A DNA stretch of 64,000 nucleotides from Octopus sinensis (lineage: Eukaryota). Positions 9,882 through 22,765 of this stretch are shown here, piece by piece; the first letter of the stretch is position 1; every line of letters starts with the position of its first letter. Both the position numbers and the translations under genes were made by a program. Where the stretch lies: contig NC_043013.1 in NCBI RefSeq assembly GCF_006345805.1, positions 53,568,001 to 53,632,000 on the forward strand. The letters run 5' to 3'. The notes beneath the pieces were generated by a model. That model saw only the letters and a program-made list of their open reading frames with translations, was not told where the DNA came from and ran no database searches.

Positions 9882-10609
9882 CAATGATGACGAGAAGGCT
9901 AAGAGACAAAAAGAAAAATTCTATTGTTTAAAAAAGGGAGAGATAGAATAGAGGGAATATAAATACAGAAGGGATGTCTTTAGGGGAGATCACTCTGATG
10001 ATAATTTTAGGATAAGGTCTCTGGTTGGAGAGTACATGGCATCCTGTCTTTCACCTCCCTCCACCTCCCTCTTATTCGCTCTCCCGCTCACTCACACACA
10101 CGCACTCTCTCTCTCTCTCTCCTTCTATCTATTTATCCATCTATCTATCTTTTCCGATAATTATCATGGGTACGGTGATGTTCTAAAGATATCTGTTGCC
10201 CGAGTAAGAAGAGGTTGCCCTACAACCGTAGCGAAATTCAAGTGGTTACAGGGTTGTAACGCCAAGACGCACATCTAACATGAGTCGAATAGACTCAATA
10301 TCAAAGGCCAGGTTTATTGTGCTCTAAATATATGCATATGTATGCGTGCATGCGTTTTACTGTATCTATTCCTCTGTCAGTCTGTATGACTGTCCATATG
10401 TGTATGTAATTGAAGGTATGAGAGTATGTATATGCGTATATTTATGTATTATATAGATAGATAACAGGCGGAAAGATAACAAATGATTTACTGCTAATAT
10501 TTACACACACATATATACACAGAAAAATCCATAACTGCACAGGTTAATAAGCATAACATATAATAGACACACATCTACACTTACACATATACAAACATAT
10601 GTGTATATG

Positions 10610-10614
<5 letters not shown>

Positions 10615-10679
<65 letters not shown>

Positions 10680-10849
10680 TAGATAAATAGATAGATAGAT
10701 AGATAGATACATACATACATACATACATACATAGATACATAGATACATAGATAGATAAATAGATAGATAGATAGATAGATACATACATACATACATACAT
10801 ACATAGATACATAGATACATAGATAATAAATAGATAGATAGATATAAAT

Positions 10850-10907
<58 letters not shown>

Positions 10908-10930
10908 GATAGGATATAATATATAGGTAG

Positions 10931-10962
<32 letters not shown>

Positions 10963-10978
10963 AGATAGATAGATAGAT

Positions 10979-11049
<71 letters not shown>

Positions 11050-11050
11050 G
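10615..11050. repeat. Compound (TA)/(GA)/(GATA)/(TACA) microsatellite
   Basis: Read directly; explains the LSIY/YVCM ORFs. Confidence 0.95.
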
Positions 11051-11273
11051 TAGATATATTGAAGGACATGTCTAAAAATCACACACGCATATACAAACAT
11101 AACTATACTTGTACATACATATATACACATATATATGTGCGTATATACACGCATAAGCGTATGTTCTGAGATACCTCTATAAAACCTTACTCATACAGTT
11201 CAGCACAAGTGTATATGGATATGCACACAGAGAAAAGAAAACTGACACAAGCTGTTCAGAAACGCTACAGCAA

Positions 11274-11313
<40 letters not shown>

Positions 11314-11632
11314 TAACGATATTTATCTCCTCCTACAAAAGTACTCCTCAAACCGCACCCCACCTTATTGTCATAATATTTCTTCATCCCTTATCACCCT
11401 TTTCCTTTCCATTTTACTGCCTCACTCCATTAAAAACTACATAAGAGACGTGGCGGGATTTGTTTTCAGTTTCTGGTGTAAATGTAATGTTCTGTGGCTA
11501 GCTTTCCTTGTATACACAAACACTGGCTGCGATATATATTAGCCCGTTATGCAATACCATGTATATGTGTGTGTGTTTGCATGTGTGTGCGCGTGTGTGT
11601 CTGTTTGTGAGTGCGCGCGTATACACACACAA

Positions 11633-11665
<33 letters not shown>

Positions 11666-12416
11666 CATACATATCTATATATTTGTAGCTACGTATTCAT
11701 TGTATAGGTAAGTAAATATAAATATAGACATATAAAAACACACATATATATATATATATATTTGCTTATGGATATATATGTATATATACATACATGTGTA
11801 TGTATATATATATTTGCGAATATGTATATATTTATATACATATATATATATCCAGGGAGAGACAGAGAGAGAAGGTGAAAATAGCTAGATATGCATATAC
11901 GAATACATATACGTAGTAAAGTGTATGTGTGTGTGTGTGTGTGCGTGTATGTGTGTGTATGTGTGTGTGTGTGTGTGCGTGTATGTGTGTAATATCTGCT
12001 GTCGTTCGTATTACTCCGTAATACACACACATATATATAATTCTTTTCTTCTCTCTCTCCCATACTCTCTCCTTCTCTACGTCTCTCCCCGTCCCTCTCT
12101 CTCTCTCTCCCTCGCTCTCTGTCTCTTCTCCCAACGTGTCGTCTTCTATTTATCTTTGTGTCATGTAGATATTTCTAATACGTATGTTTACGAATTTGAT
12201 TGTTTATTCCTGTATATATGTTATACATGTATAAGTAGGTGAATGGCTTTTGTACGTTGTTGCTACACTTCTCTGATTTAAACTGATACATAAATCTGCA
12301 TAATATACATACATACATACATACACACACACAACACACACACATATATATATGTATATGCATATATCAAATTTCTGCATATTCGTGTATATATATATAT
12401 ATTATATATATTTATA

Positions 12417-12463
<47 letters not shown>

Positions 12464-12470
12464 TATATAT

Positions 12471-13445
12471 ATACATACATACATACATGCATACATACAC
12501 ATACATACATACACACATACATACATACATACATACATACTTACATACATACATATATGTACACGCATATTTTAAAATTTATGCACATATCTATCCAATC
12601 TCTCTCTCTCTCCCTTCTCTCTCTCTCTCTCTCTCTCTATGTATATATATATACACATACATATATGTATGTATATACTATCATATATTTGATATATGTA
12701 TATATATACATACAGATATGTGTGTGTGTGCGCGTGTGTGTATGCGTGTGTGTATATAACGTATTGAAATCTATCTTTGCATCTACATATCTCTGTGTTT
12801 ACGTACTTATATACACTCAAAAATATTTTACGCACATAGAGATACATTAAAGCCCAAACACACATGCATTCGCATCCATGTAGGACATATGACATGTTTG
12901 TGTGCATATATCATATATGTGTGCATATATACATATATGTGTGCATATATATATATATATAATAATATATATATACATACATACATACATGCATACATAC
13001 ATACATACATACATACACACATACATACATACATACATACATACTTACATACATACATATATGTACACGCATATTTTAAAATTATGCACTACTATCCAAT
13101 CTCTCTCTCTCCCCTCCCTTCTCTCTCTCTCTCTCTCTCTCTATGTATATATATATACACATACATATATGTATGTATATACTATCATATATTTGATATA
13201 TTATATATATCTACAGATATGTGTTGTGTGTGCGCGTGTGTGTATGCGTGTGGTATATAACGTATTGAAATCTATCTTTGCATCTACATATCTCTGTGTT
13301 TAGTACTTATATACACTCAAAAATATTTTACGCACATAGAGATACATTAAAGCCCAAACACACATGCATTCGCATCCATGTAGGACATATGACATGTTTG
13401 TGTGCATATATACATATATGTGTGCATATATACATATATGTGTGC

Positions 13446-13460
<15 letters not shown>
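12471..13460 (+). repeat. ~500-bp direct tandem duplication
   Basis: Unique cores repeat at an offset of ~500 (GTACACGCATATTTTAAAAT at 12559 and 13063; AAGCCCAAACACACATGCATTCGCATCCATGTAGGAC in both copies). Confidence 0.9.
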
Positions 13461-13504
<44 letters not shown>

Positions 13505-14126
13505 AATTATTTTCGTTTATGAATATATTTATACATATTCCTTAATTTATTTATTAAGTTAATACGTTACCATTAATTTTATCTCTTATTCTGTCTTTGC
13601 ATTTATATATCTATAGCTTCGTTGCACTGGTCTTAGTCGAATGTGTGTGATCTGAGGGAAAGAGTGTGCGCGCACGAGTAAGTGTGTAAATATAGAAATA
13701 GATAGACAGATATATAGATAGATAGGTACATAGATCTAAACTGATCCCCTTATCTTTCTCTCTCGCTCTCTCACAGACTCTCTCACTCTCTCTCTCTCTC
13801 TCCCTCTTATGTAACGCGTGTTATCTCTTCTATATTCTTGTATGTGTCTTTCTCGCCAACCTATCCATATCTTAGTTTCGACTTATGGTGCCATATATTC
13901 TAAGTAACAGACCTAATAAATATGAATAATTGACATTATTTCCCTTGTTGCATGAGGTTCCAGATAAGAGCTTCTCATTACACATGTCTTCAAACTTACC
14001 TCCCCTTCACAGCGTAGTGTTTTTACCGCCATCTTGAAAGAGACCTAATATCATTTGGACTTTTCCAACGCAACACCACACACACTAATGCATTCACGCA
14101 GTCATTCACACACAGCTATATATATA

Positions 14127-14187
<61 letters not shown>

Positions 14188-14247
14188 ATGTATGTATAAA
14201 TGTGTGTGTATATATATATATATTTGTATGTGTGTAAACATACATAT

Positions 14248-14278
<31 letters not shown>

Positions 14279-15230
14279 TATGTATATATAACTATGTCTA
14301 GGTTAATAGATAGATAGATAGAGAGAGAGAGTGAGAGAAAGAGAGAGAACAGAGAGTGATACGTACATACATAGTTATGTGTATATATCTGTATATATAT
14401 ATATATATATATATATAGGCATACACACAAATGTGTATCGTTTAATATAAATGTTCTCTATATAAATGATATAAAGAAATGTAAATATATTTGTTCATAT
14501 ATAAACAAATATTGTTTGTGCATATGTGTGTGTATCCACTTATATACAGACACCTATACACACTTGTACGTGCGTATATTGGAACATTTCTGTAGATGTG
14601 TTTGCTAAATATGTCTGTTGATATGCTGAGGTGCATGGATGTGTCTTGGCGTTAACTATAGTTATTAGCAACTTGTATACATGACACGAAGTTCCCTTCG
14701 TTGAAGTCCCAATCTTCTTCACTTTCGATGTGACTTTCGGTATGAATGAGAACGTTGGTTTCGAAATGTTTCCTAAACAATTTCTATTAAAATATTGCTT
14801 AAACAACGCAATTTCCTCAACCTCTCTGATATGTGGTTTAAAGCCAAATACAATTATAACTTTTAAAAAAAGAAGCTGTTTATAGCCTTCTCTCGGGAGC
14901 CACAAATGAAATGAAATCCGCGAGCTTGAAACAGTCGTTTAAGCACGTATCGCTCGGACGGTTGCTTCAAAAGATAATTGTTTCCATGATAGCATTTGTA
15001 TAATATTTCAAAATATATTCTAACAGATAATTCAAGATTCCCCGCTGAATCAGCCGAAACGCGAAACTCGGAGTACTAGAAGTAGAAAACTATCAGTTGC
15101 ATGCTATTGAAAAATACGCCAGAGTTAAGTGCTGAGTTCTGTAATTTATTGCTTCTTTCTGAACCAACAGAATTTTTTCTGTGTGTGTGTGTATATATAT
15201 ATATATATTAATACATATATATATATATAC

Positions 15231-15575
15231 TTTCTTTTACTCGTTTCAGTAATTTGATTGCGGCCATACTGGAGCACTGCCTTTAATCGAGGAAGTCGAC
15301 CCCAGCACTTATTCTATGTAAGCCTAGTACTTACTCTATCGGTGTCTATTGCCGAACCGCTAAGTTACGGGGACGTAAACACATCAGCATCGGTTGTCAA
15401 GCGATGGTGGCGATGGGACAAATAGACACACAAACACATACACGCATACACACACACACACACACACACACCACACACACACACACATATATATATATGC
15501 GACGGGCTTCTTTCAGCTTCCGTCTATCAAATCCACTCACAATGCTTAGAGCAGTCTACTTGAAAACACCTTGCT
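15231..15575 (-). mobile_element. tRNA-derived SINE family 1, 5'-truncated
   Basis: Matches the full copy at 57019-57432 (GCCGAACCGCTAAGTTACGGGGACGTAAAC; CGACGGGCTTCTTTCAGCTTCCGTCTA). Confidence 0.85.
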
Positions 15576-16094
15576 TAGATCAATATTGCGTAGTACTGTG
15601 TACAGTGCTTAGAATATGATACGACCACAGAAGCTAGCGAGAGCAGGGCTGCACAAAAAGCACCTAGTCCAGCGTCAAGACGTGCATATATCGTAAACGT
15701 GTGTCTCATACCAGAATTGGCGTGATAATTTATCTCAGGAACCACAAATTGCAGAGTATAAAGTTGATACCTGATGGACGAACCTAATAATAATGATATT
15801 TTCATAGAACAGACAGTCATAGGTTGGTTTATATATGTATGTATATATATATATATAAGAAGGTGAGATTTGTTTAGATTTTTTTTTTCAAGTTTTAAAC
15901 ACTTAACCGGTTTCACAGATTTCGCTGGTTTTCGAAAGTTGCGATAGAAAGACATGAAGTTGTGCTGCATTTGTTTTGCTACTGAGTAGAGTAGAAAATT
16001 TCTCTCTTTTCTTTTTGTAGAAAGCACATGGTTCAAATTGGTACCGTTTTGAATACGGTTTCATTGGCTGAGGAAGATCACGTGATCAGTTAAA

Positions 16095-16241
16095 TTCTGA
16101 GTTCGAACTTCACCGTGGTTGACTTCGCGTTTCATCCTTTCGGGGTCGACAAATTAAGCACCAATTGCGTACTGGGATCGACTAATCGACTGGTCCCCGC
16201 TCCCCCAAAATATATTTTGATGCTCGGGAATAATAGAAAAG
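16095..16241 (+). mobile_element. SINE family 2 (tRNA B-box plus TTTCATCCTTTCGGGGTCGA central domain)
   Basis: GAGTTCGAACTT B-box-like, then GTTGACTTCGCGTTTCATCCTTTCGGGGTCGACAAATTAAGCACCAA...ACTGGGATCGA. Resembles the Meta/Sauria-type SINE domain (from memory). Confidence 0.75.
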
Positions 16242-16749
16242 TCTTTGAAGTTTCCAGCCTATGTTCTTCGACAGAAAGATACATACACACGCACACACAC
16301 ACACATAGATAGACCAACAGATAGATAGATACATGCATAGAGAGATAGACAGACAGATAGATATGTATATATATCTATGTGTGCATGTATGCATATACAC
16401 AGAGAAAGAGGGGAAATAGAGAGATAAATAGATACATACACACACACATATACACATGCTTACACGCAAATATATACATAGGTAGATGTGAAGCGAACCT
16501 GTGAGACCCATGTTTGAAATTTTTATTTCCTTGTGGATGTAATCCTTAACCAGGAGTCTAATCTCCTCCAACTACTACTCGCCACTGTACATCCTCCTTC
16601 TGTTTGTCTTCAAGTATTTACTTGCTTACGTGGTTCAATGTCAAATCTGTAAGCGAATGCAAAACTTTAATTGACATTTCTAACAACCTCGTTTTCACTT
16701 CCTATACCGCTTTACACACGAACGCACACACATGCAGAGATGCATGCAC

Positions 16750-16785
<36 letters not shown>

Positions 16786-16924
16786 ACACATATGTATTAA
16801 TACACCCTCGCACTCACATACACGCACGCACTCATGTACATACACATTCAAAAACACGAACGATTGCTTGTTAGCTAATTAACTCTCCATGTCGTGACCG
16901 CTGAACTTTTTCAAGTAACTTTTG

Positions 16925-17116
16925 CGATTATCATCATCATCATCATCGTCGTCGTCATCATTATCATCATCATCATCATCGTCGTCATCGCCATTATCAT
17001 TGTCTTCACCACCATCGTTGTTGTTGGCATTATTATTATTATCATCATTATTATTATTATTACTATCATCATCGTTATTACTATTATTATTATTATTATT
17101 ATCATTATTATTATTA

Positions 17117-17160
<44 letters not shown>
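16925..17160. repeat. (ATC)/(GTC)/(ATT)n trinucleotide microsatellite
   Basis: Read directly. Confidence 0.95.
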
Positions 17161-17161
<1 letters not shown>

Positions 17162-17584
17162 ACTTATTATATAGGGGAAATAATTCTTAATCATTGAGAG
17201 GATAATGTTTTTATTTTTCGTTGTTTTTTATTCTTTCTATTCATAATTTGTTTTTGTTTTTTTTATATATTTTAATTCAACTTTGTTTTCAGTTCTTCAT
17301 TTTTTTAATGATTTTATAACTTTATGTTTTGTTTTATGTTGTTCTCTTTCTTTTTTTCTTTTTTTTTGTAATTTTGATTCCGTTTCTATATTTTGTTTTT
17401 AGACTTTCTCAGATCAGGTAAGTTCTTTGGAGCTATTTTTGCGACACACCAAAGACTTGTATAGAGAATATAATTCCATTCAAAACGATATTCTTTTTTT
17501 TGCTAAGAAAGAATTGTTAAAACACATACGTAGGAAGATAAACTAAGACTTCATCACAAAACTCATTCAATTTAGTAACTTTAT

Positions 17585-17639
17585 TCTTCTCTTCTTCTTC
17601 TTCTTCTTCTTCTTCTTCTTCTTCTTCTACTTCTTCTTC

Positions 17640-17671
<32 letters not shown>

Positions 17672-17889
17672 CTTCTTTTTCTTCTTCTTCTTCTTTTTCT
17701 TCTTCTTTTCTCCTTCTTCTTCGTCTTCTTCTTCGTCTTCTTCGTCGTGTTCTTCTTCGTCGTCGTCTTCTTCTTCTTTCCTTCTATTTCTCTCTTTCCT
17801 ACTTCGTACTACACACACTACTACTACTAATACTACTACACTTACTCTACTACTATATACTACTACTACTCTATACGACTACTACTACT

Positions 17890-17926
<37 letters not shown>

Positions 17927-17965
17927 ACTAATAATAATAATAATAATAATTAATAATAATAATAA
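17585..17965. repeat. Serial (CTT)n-(CTA)n-(ATA)n microsatellite chain
   Basis: Read directly. Confidence 0.95.
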
Positions 17966-18667
17966 TGCTGGCTGCTGCTACTACTACTACTTTTATTACT
18001 TCTTCCACTACTTTTTCCCCTTCGTCTTTTTCCGTTTCTTCCTCACTTTTTTTCTTCGTCTTCTCGTTTTTTCTACTTCTTCCCCTCTTTTTTTAACTTC
18101 TATTTCCCCTTCTTTTCATCTTCTCCCTTTCACTTCTCTTTCTTCTCCTTGTTCTTCTACCCTCCTTCCTTCAATCTTTCATTCTTCTTCTTATACATCT
18201 TTAATCGACTACATCTCATATTTTTCGTCATCCCAACCACTGATGTTCCGCAGACCCCGTTAATTGCATGAGGAATGCTGTGTGACATTGCTCCATCAAA
18301 ATATTGAGTCAGTGTTCCCCACGGAATCCCTGTTACCATATCGTATCATAGAAAAACTTTTCTGATCCGCCATTACAGAACCAAGTGCGCTAAAAGGATT
18401 CTTTCGGTAAACTCAGCAAAATTTTGTACTTGAACAAACATCAATTAGATCAACCCCGACTATATAACTGATTCACTGAACGCTACTGTTATTTGATCCC
18501 CGATCATGATGTCCTTACTTCTAATCTAGCCAAGATAAATTTAGCCTTTCCTCTATTTTGAGGCCAATAATATAAATCACAATTCCTTACGCAAATAACT
18601 TAATTTTGTCCAGTATTCTCTATCTATTATGTTTCATCATTTGCTTGTTTCACTCATCAGATAGCGG

Positions 18668-18845
18668 ATGTGCTGGAGCACCGCCTTGAAGAACTTCAGC
18701 CGAACGAACTGACCCCATTATTATTCTCTTAAGCCCGATACTTATTCTATCGTTTTCTTTTGTCGAACTGCTAACTTACGGGGACGTAAACACACCTACG
18801 CAGGATTGTCAAGTGCTGGTGGAGGACAAACACAGGCACAAAACT
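18668..18845 (-). mobile_element. SINE family 1, diverged 3' half
   Basis: GTGCTGGAGCACCGCCTTGAAG...CTAACTTACGGGGACGTAAACACAC. Confidence 0.75.
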
Positions 18846-19113
18846 AACACACACACAAACACATACACACACATGTATATATATATATATTTTATATGAT
18901 GTTTTATTGATTTAAGTATGTTTCTCCATTTTCTAATTTTGTAGTATTAATTTACGGTAATATTATTACCTTTGCCCATATAATACAATAGATGAACTGA
19001 TTGTTTGGCAATTTTAAATCTATGATTAGCCTTGTTGGGTACCTATCTAGCAGTATATTGGATATATGTTATCCCATGGTGGGTTGAATTTCAACCCCTA
19101 TCTCCTTTTATAA

Positions 19114-19147
<34 letters not shown>

Positions 19148-19195
19148 GAAAAACAAGTAAAAAATAGAAAATGCTAAAATAATTTATAGTGAACA

Positions 19196-19239
19196 TTTCA
19201 GTACCGGTTTCGGTCATTTTGAGACCTTTTCAACTGTAA
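19196..19239 (-). ncRNA. Minimal type I hammerhead ribozyme with U3-A8 compensatory core pair
   Basis: Minus strand TTACAG-TTGAAAA-GGTC-TCAAAAT-GACC-GAAA-CCGG-TA-CTGAAA; palindromic ACCGGT stem III; GTA triplet. Confidence 0.8.
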
Positions 19240-20022
19240 CGATTAAATAATTAAATTTAGAAAAATTAGAAGAAAAGTTTTCTTAAAAGAATATTTCTAT
19301 AGTAGTGTTCAGATTTAAGTGGCATTCTGCCTTTCTCTGACTCCCTTGTTTGCACTTGTGTGTTCGAGGTAGTTGTGAGTTCTTGGTAGGGTAGTAGAGG
19401 GAAGGCTGGTGAGGAAAGGGGGGGGGGAGAATCTGGGAGTGCCCTGATGGTCGTATTTTGAATGGTCAGTGGCGGCTGGCAGTCTCAGTTCAATTCAGGA
19501 GAAATATATGAATTACAGGCTTGGTTTATAAATTAGCGTAGGTGTTATACTAAAAAACATTAGTGACAACTTAAGGGGTAGGGGGTGGAGAAGAAGAAGA
19601 AGAAGAGAAGAAGAAGAAAAAAGAAGAAGAAGAGAAGAAGAAGAAGGAGAAGGAGAGATGATGGTGATGGTGGTGATGATTATGACGACGATGATGATGA
19701 TAACGATGATGATGAAGAAGAAGAAGGAGGTGAGAAGGAGAAGATGGTGGTGATGATGGTGGCGATTGATGTGATGATGACGCCGATGATGATGTGATAA
19801 CGATGATGATGAAGAAGAAGAAGAAGAAAAAAACAGAGAAGGGAGAATATGAATGGGTGTAAATATAGCTATGAAGGGCTGATTAGTAATGGATTCTATG
19901 GAGTGTAGTATTTGTGTGTGTATATATTTTTTTCTTTTATTCTAAAGTTGAGGTATATAAATTGTTTGTCGTAGACCCGTTAAGAAGTGGCTTGTATTTT
20001 GTAATAAAGATATTTTCTTTAC

Positions 20023-22215
20023 TTATTCTTTGTCTCGAGGTTGTATCGTCCCTAAATTGGTAGAGGGGGAAAATTCTAAAGTTTGGTGTTTTTTGTTGGC
20101 GCAAGTATCTATGTGTTGGCTAAAAGCTATTTTTCTGTTTTGGGGAATTTTTATCTGGGATCTGTGCAGGGCCATTCGTTTACGCAAACCATTTTTTGTT
20201 TGGCCTATGTACTGCTCTTGACACCCGGAGCAGGTTAGTGAGTATATTAGGTTCTCCGAAGCACATGTGAAGTTGCTTTTCACTGTAAACCGTTGTCCCT
20301 GTTTGAAGGAGAACTCAGAACCCTCGATTAGATAGTCGCATATCCCGCAATTGGGTCTTCCACATTTTTTTACTGTCGGCTTCTGGTGTTGAAGAGTGAA
20401 TTCGGGCTTGTGTAAGGAGACTTTTCATGGATCTAGGAGGTCTTTTGCTTTTTATGATCGTGTGTGTTTGGAGGATTGTGTTCATTCTCTGGTCTTTTTT
20501 TAGGAGGGGTATGTTGTGGAGGATGGTGTCGAAGGCTTCGTTATTGAGAGGGTGTGTGTGGAGATGTATGGTAAGGCTTTTGGTTGTAAGTTTTTCTTTG
20601 ATTTGGATGTCTCAGTTCCTTGATGTTAAGTTGAAGGGCACGTTGAATGCACTTGTCAATAAGTGAAGGTGGATAGTTCCTTGGTGATTAGGTATCTTTT
20701 AGTTCTTGTAGTCGTGTGTCTCTGGTGTTTGCGTTAGAGACTATAGTGCATATCCTTTTTGCTAGATTGAAGGGGATATTCATCCTGGTGTGTCTGGGGT
20801 GGCATGAATTGAATGGAAGATATTGCTTAGAGTCTGTAGGCTTATAGTATATGTCTGTTTCTATTATATTATTAGCTTTCTTAATGAGGATATCGAGGAG
20901 GAAGGGGAGTTGTTGTTGGCTATATTCCATCGTGAATTGGATGTTTACGTCCAGTCCGTTTAAAATTTTCTGGAATTCTATGAGTTTTTCTATATTTTTA
21001 TGCCAAAGGATGAAACAGTCATCTAGATATCTCTTCCAGTTGTTTTCTATGTAGATGGAGAAAGGGCTGCCATATCTCTAGAACCTTACGATACAGACTG
21101 ATCTCTAGGTATCCTATGACTAGGTTGGCAAGGAGGGGGCCATTCGTGTACCCATCGCAGTCCCCGATTTTTGTCGGTAGAAGTTGTCATTGAAGGCGAA
21201 GAAGTTATTTTCCAGGATGAATTTAACCCCTTCTATCACAAATTCTTTTTTGATGCGGTGTGGTAGTTCGTTGGCGTGATTCTCTAGCCAGAATTGGATT
21301 GCCTCTAGTCCTAGGTTGTGGGGGATATTGGAGTAGAGGTTACTACATCGAAGGATACCAGTATGGTGTTTTTGTTTATAGTATTCGGTAGGTGATTAAG
21401 CATATCTAAGTCGTCCCTTATATAGCTTTTGACATGTTTGAGGAGTGGTTTTAACAGGGTGTCTAAAAAGTTACTGAGGCGGTGGGTTTCGCATGCGGGA
21501 CCTGCTATTATGGGTCTCAATTTGAGGTCATTAGGATTAGGGACTTTAATTATTTTGTCTGTAGCTATCTTGCATGCGTTGTTGCTTATTTTTTCACTTT
21601 TGTGGATCTTAGGTATACCGTAGAATTGGCTAGTTTACTTGTGAAATTGGTCATATAATCATATTCTTTGTCGGTGAGCCCTGCTTTGTATGGGTTTAAT
21701 ATGGATTTTAGTTCCCTCATTATTTTTTGTTGACTGTAGTTTTGTGCCTTTTCATAGTATGTTGTGTCTTCCAGCATAGAAAGTACCAAAGTTATGTAAA
21801 ATGTCGTATCCATTAAGACAACAGCACTCTCTTTATCGGCCTCTTTGATTGTTATTGTTTTATCTAGTTTTAATTTGTTCAACTCAGCCCATTCTTTTTT
21901 GCTGAAGTTTGGTTTGGTTTTTGTTTGTGCATATGTTGATATGGGTAATTTGATATGTGGTCACAGAAATCATCAAGTGTTTTATTCTTACCTTTCGAGG
22001 GGGTGTAGTTACTCCTATTTCTGGCTAACGATTCGTCCTCGTTGTTGTATTTATCGTATAGCTCCTCAGTAAGTCTTAATTTTCTGCAGAATTCTGCGAT
22101 GTCTTCTTTCATTTCATTGTAGTTGGGGTGTTGTGGGGTGGGTGTAAACTTGAGTCCTTTGGAAAGTATGTTTATTTGGTTTGCTGTTAGTTCCTTGTGA
22201 GTTAGATTAATAATT
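20023..22215 (-). pseudogene. Frameshifted PLE RT + GIY-YIG ORF
   Basis: ORFs 21879-22112, 21586-21882, 21311-21520, 20688-20930 and 20023-20283 are consecutive, collinear segments of one PLE protein. Confidence 0.9.
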
Positions 22216-22340
22216 TTATTACTTTTGGTTCCTCCTGCTTGTTTGGTGCTATCTTGTGTCTCTGTGTTTGCGTATTGGGTCTAAAAAAATGAATGCGGTG
22301 GTTGGGACGGTAGCTAGTATATAGTTGTGTCTATATATAT

Positions 22341-22380
<40 letters not shown>

Positions 22381-22396
22381 TATATATATATATAAT

Positions 22397-22520
22397 ACGA
22401 CTACTTTCAATTTCCGTCAACCAAATCCACTCATAAGTCTTTGGTCGGGTGTCACACAGTGGGACTGAGGCACAAAACATGTGGTTGGTAAGCAAGCTAC
22501 TTACCTCACATCCACTCCTG
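22397..22520 (-). mobile_element. SINE family 1, 5' portion (internally deleted)
   Basis: CCAAATCCACTCATAAG...CAGTGGGACTGA...ATGTGGTTGGTAAGCAAGCTACTTACC...CCACTCCTG. Confidence 0.75.
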
Positions 22521-22521
22521 A

Positions 22522-22765
22522 TGTTTCAACCAAAGATTGGTCCAGGCAATGTTAAACTTAATAGCACTACCTGATAGGATTATCTAAATCCTTTTTAAGT
22601 CAAATTTTGTGATATCATGGTCCATTCGAGTAGGGAGTTCTTGTTGAGTGAGTTGTATCCAGGTATGGGTGGCTTATCTGGTATTCCTAGAAGAAATTTG
22701 TCCAGATTCCGTTTAAAGGTAATGGAATCCTTTTTGTCTTTGATCTGTTTCGGGACAATGTTACC
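22522..22765 (-). mobile_element. CR1-like LINE 3'-terminal fragment
   Basis: Minus-strand translation across a frameshift gives NIVPKQIKD...ITFKRNLDKFLLGIPDKPPIPGYNSLNKNSLLEW, followed by a 3' CAATC-TTT-GGTTG-AAAC hairpin. Confidence 0.7.

Larger units (their letters stand above)
19146..22320 (-). mobile_element. Penelope-like retroelement #3 (Neptune-type), near-complete ORF, inserted in (TA)n
   Basis: Minus strand: IINL...LSKGLKFTPTP, EFCRKLRL, RPIIAGPACETHRLSNFLD, GTAMGTRMAP (~21133-21165), RYLDD (21018-21032), LPFLDI, YYKPTDSKQYLPF, CGRPNCGIC linker, LIYSLTCSGCQEQYIGQT. Hammerhead near the 3' end; (TA)n on both sides. Confidence 0.93.

Noticed and set aside
14540-14905. 121-aa minus ORF and an alternative frame KHFETNVLIHTESHIESEEDWDFNEGNF after a TTTAG acceptor
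   Set aside because: No recognisable family and no convincing donor; cannot be supported as an exon.
15040-15070. GCTGAATCAGCCGAAACGCG resembling a PLE hammerhead stem II/III
   Set aside because: No CUGANGA-like core and no stem I.
18200-18420. Plus-frame LLHQNIESVFPTESLLPYR weakly like a PLE thumb/linker
   Set aside because: Too short and degenerate, with no flanking RT or EN motifs.
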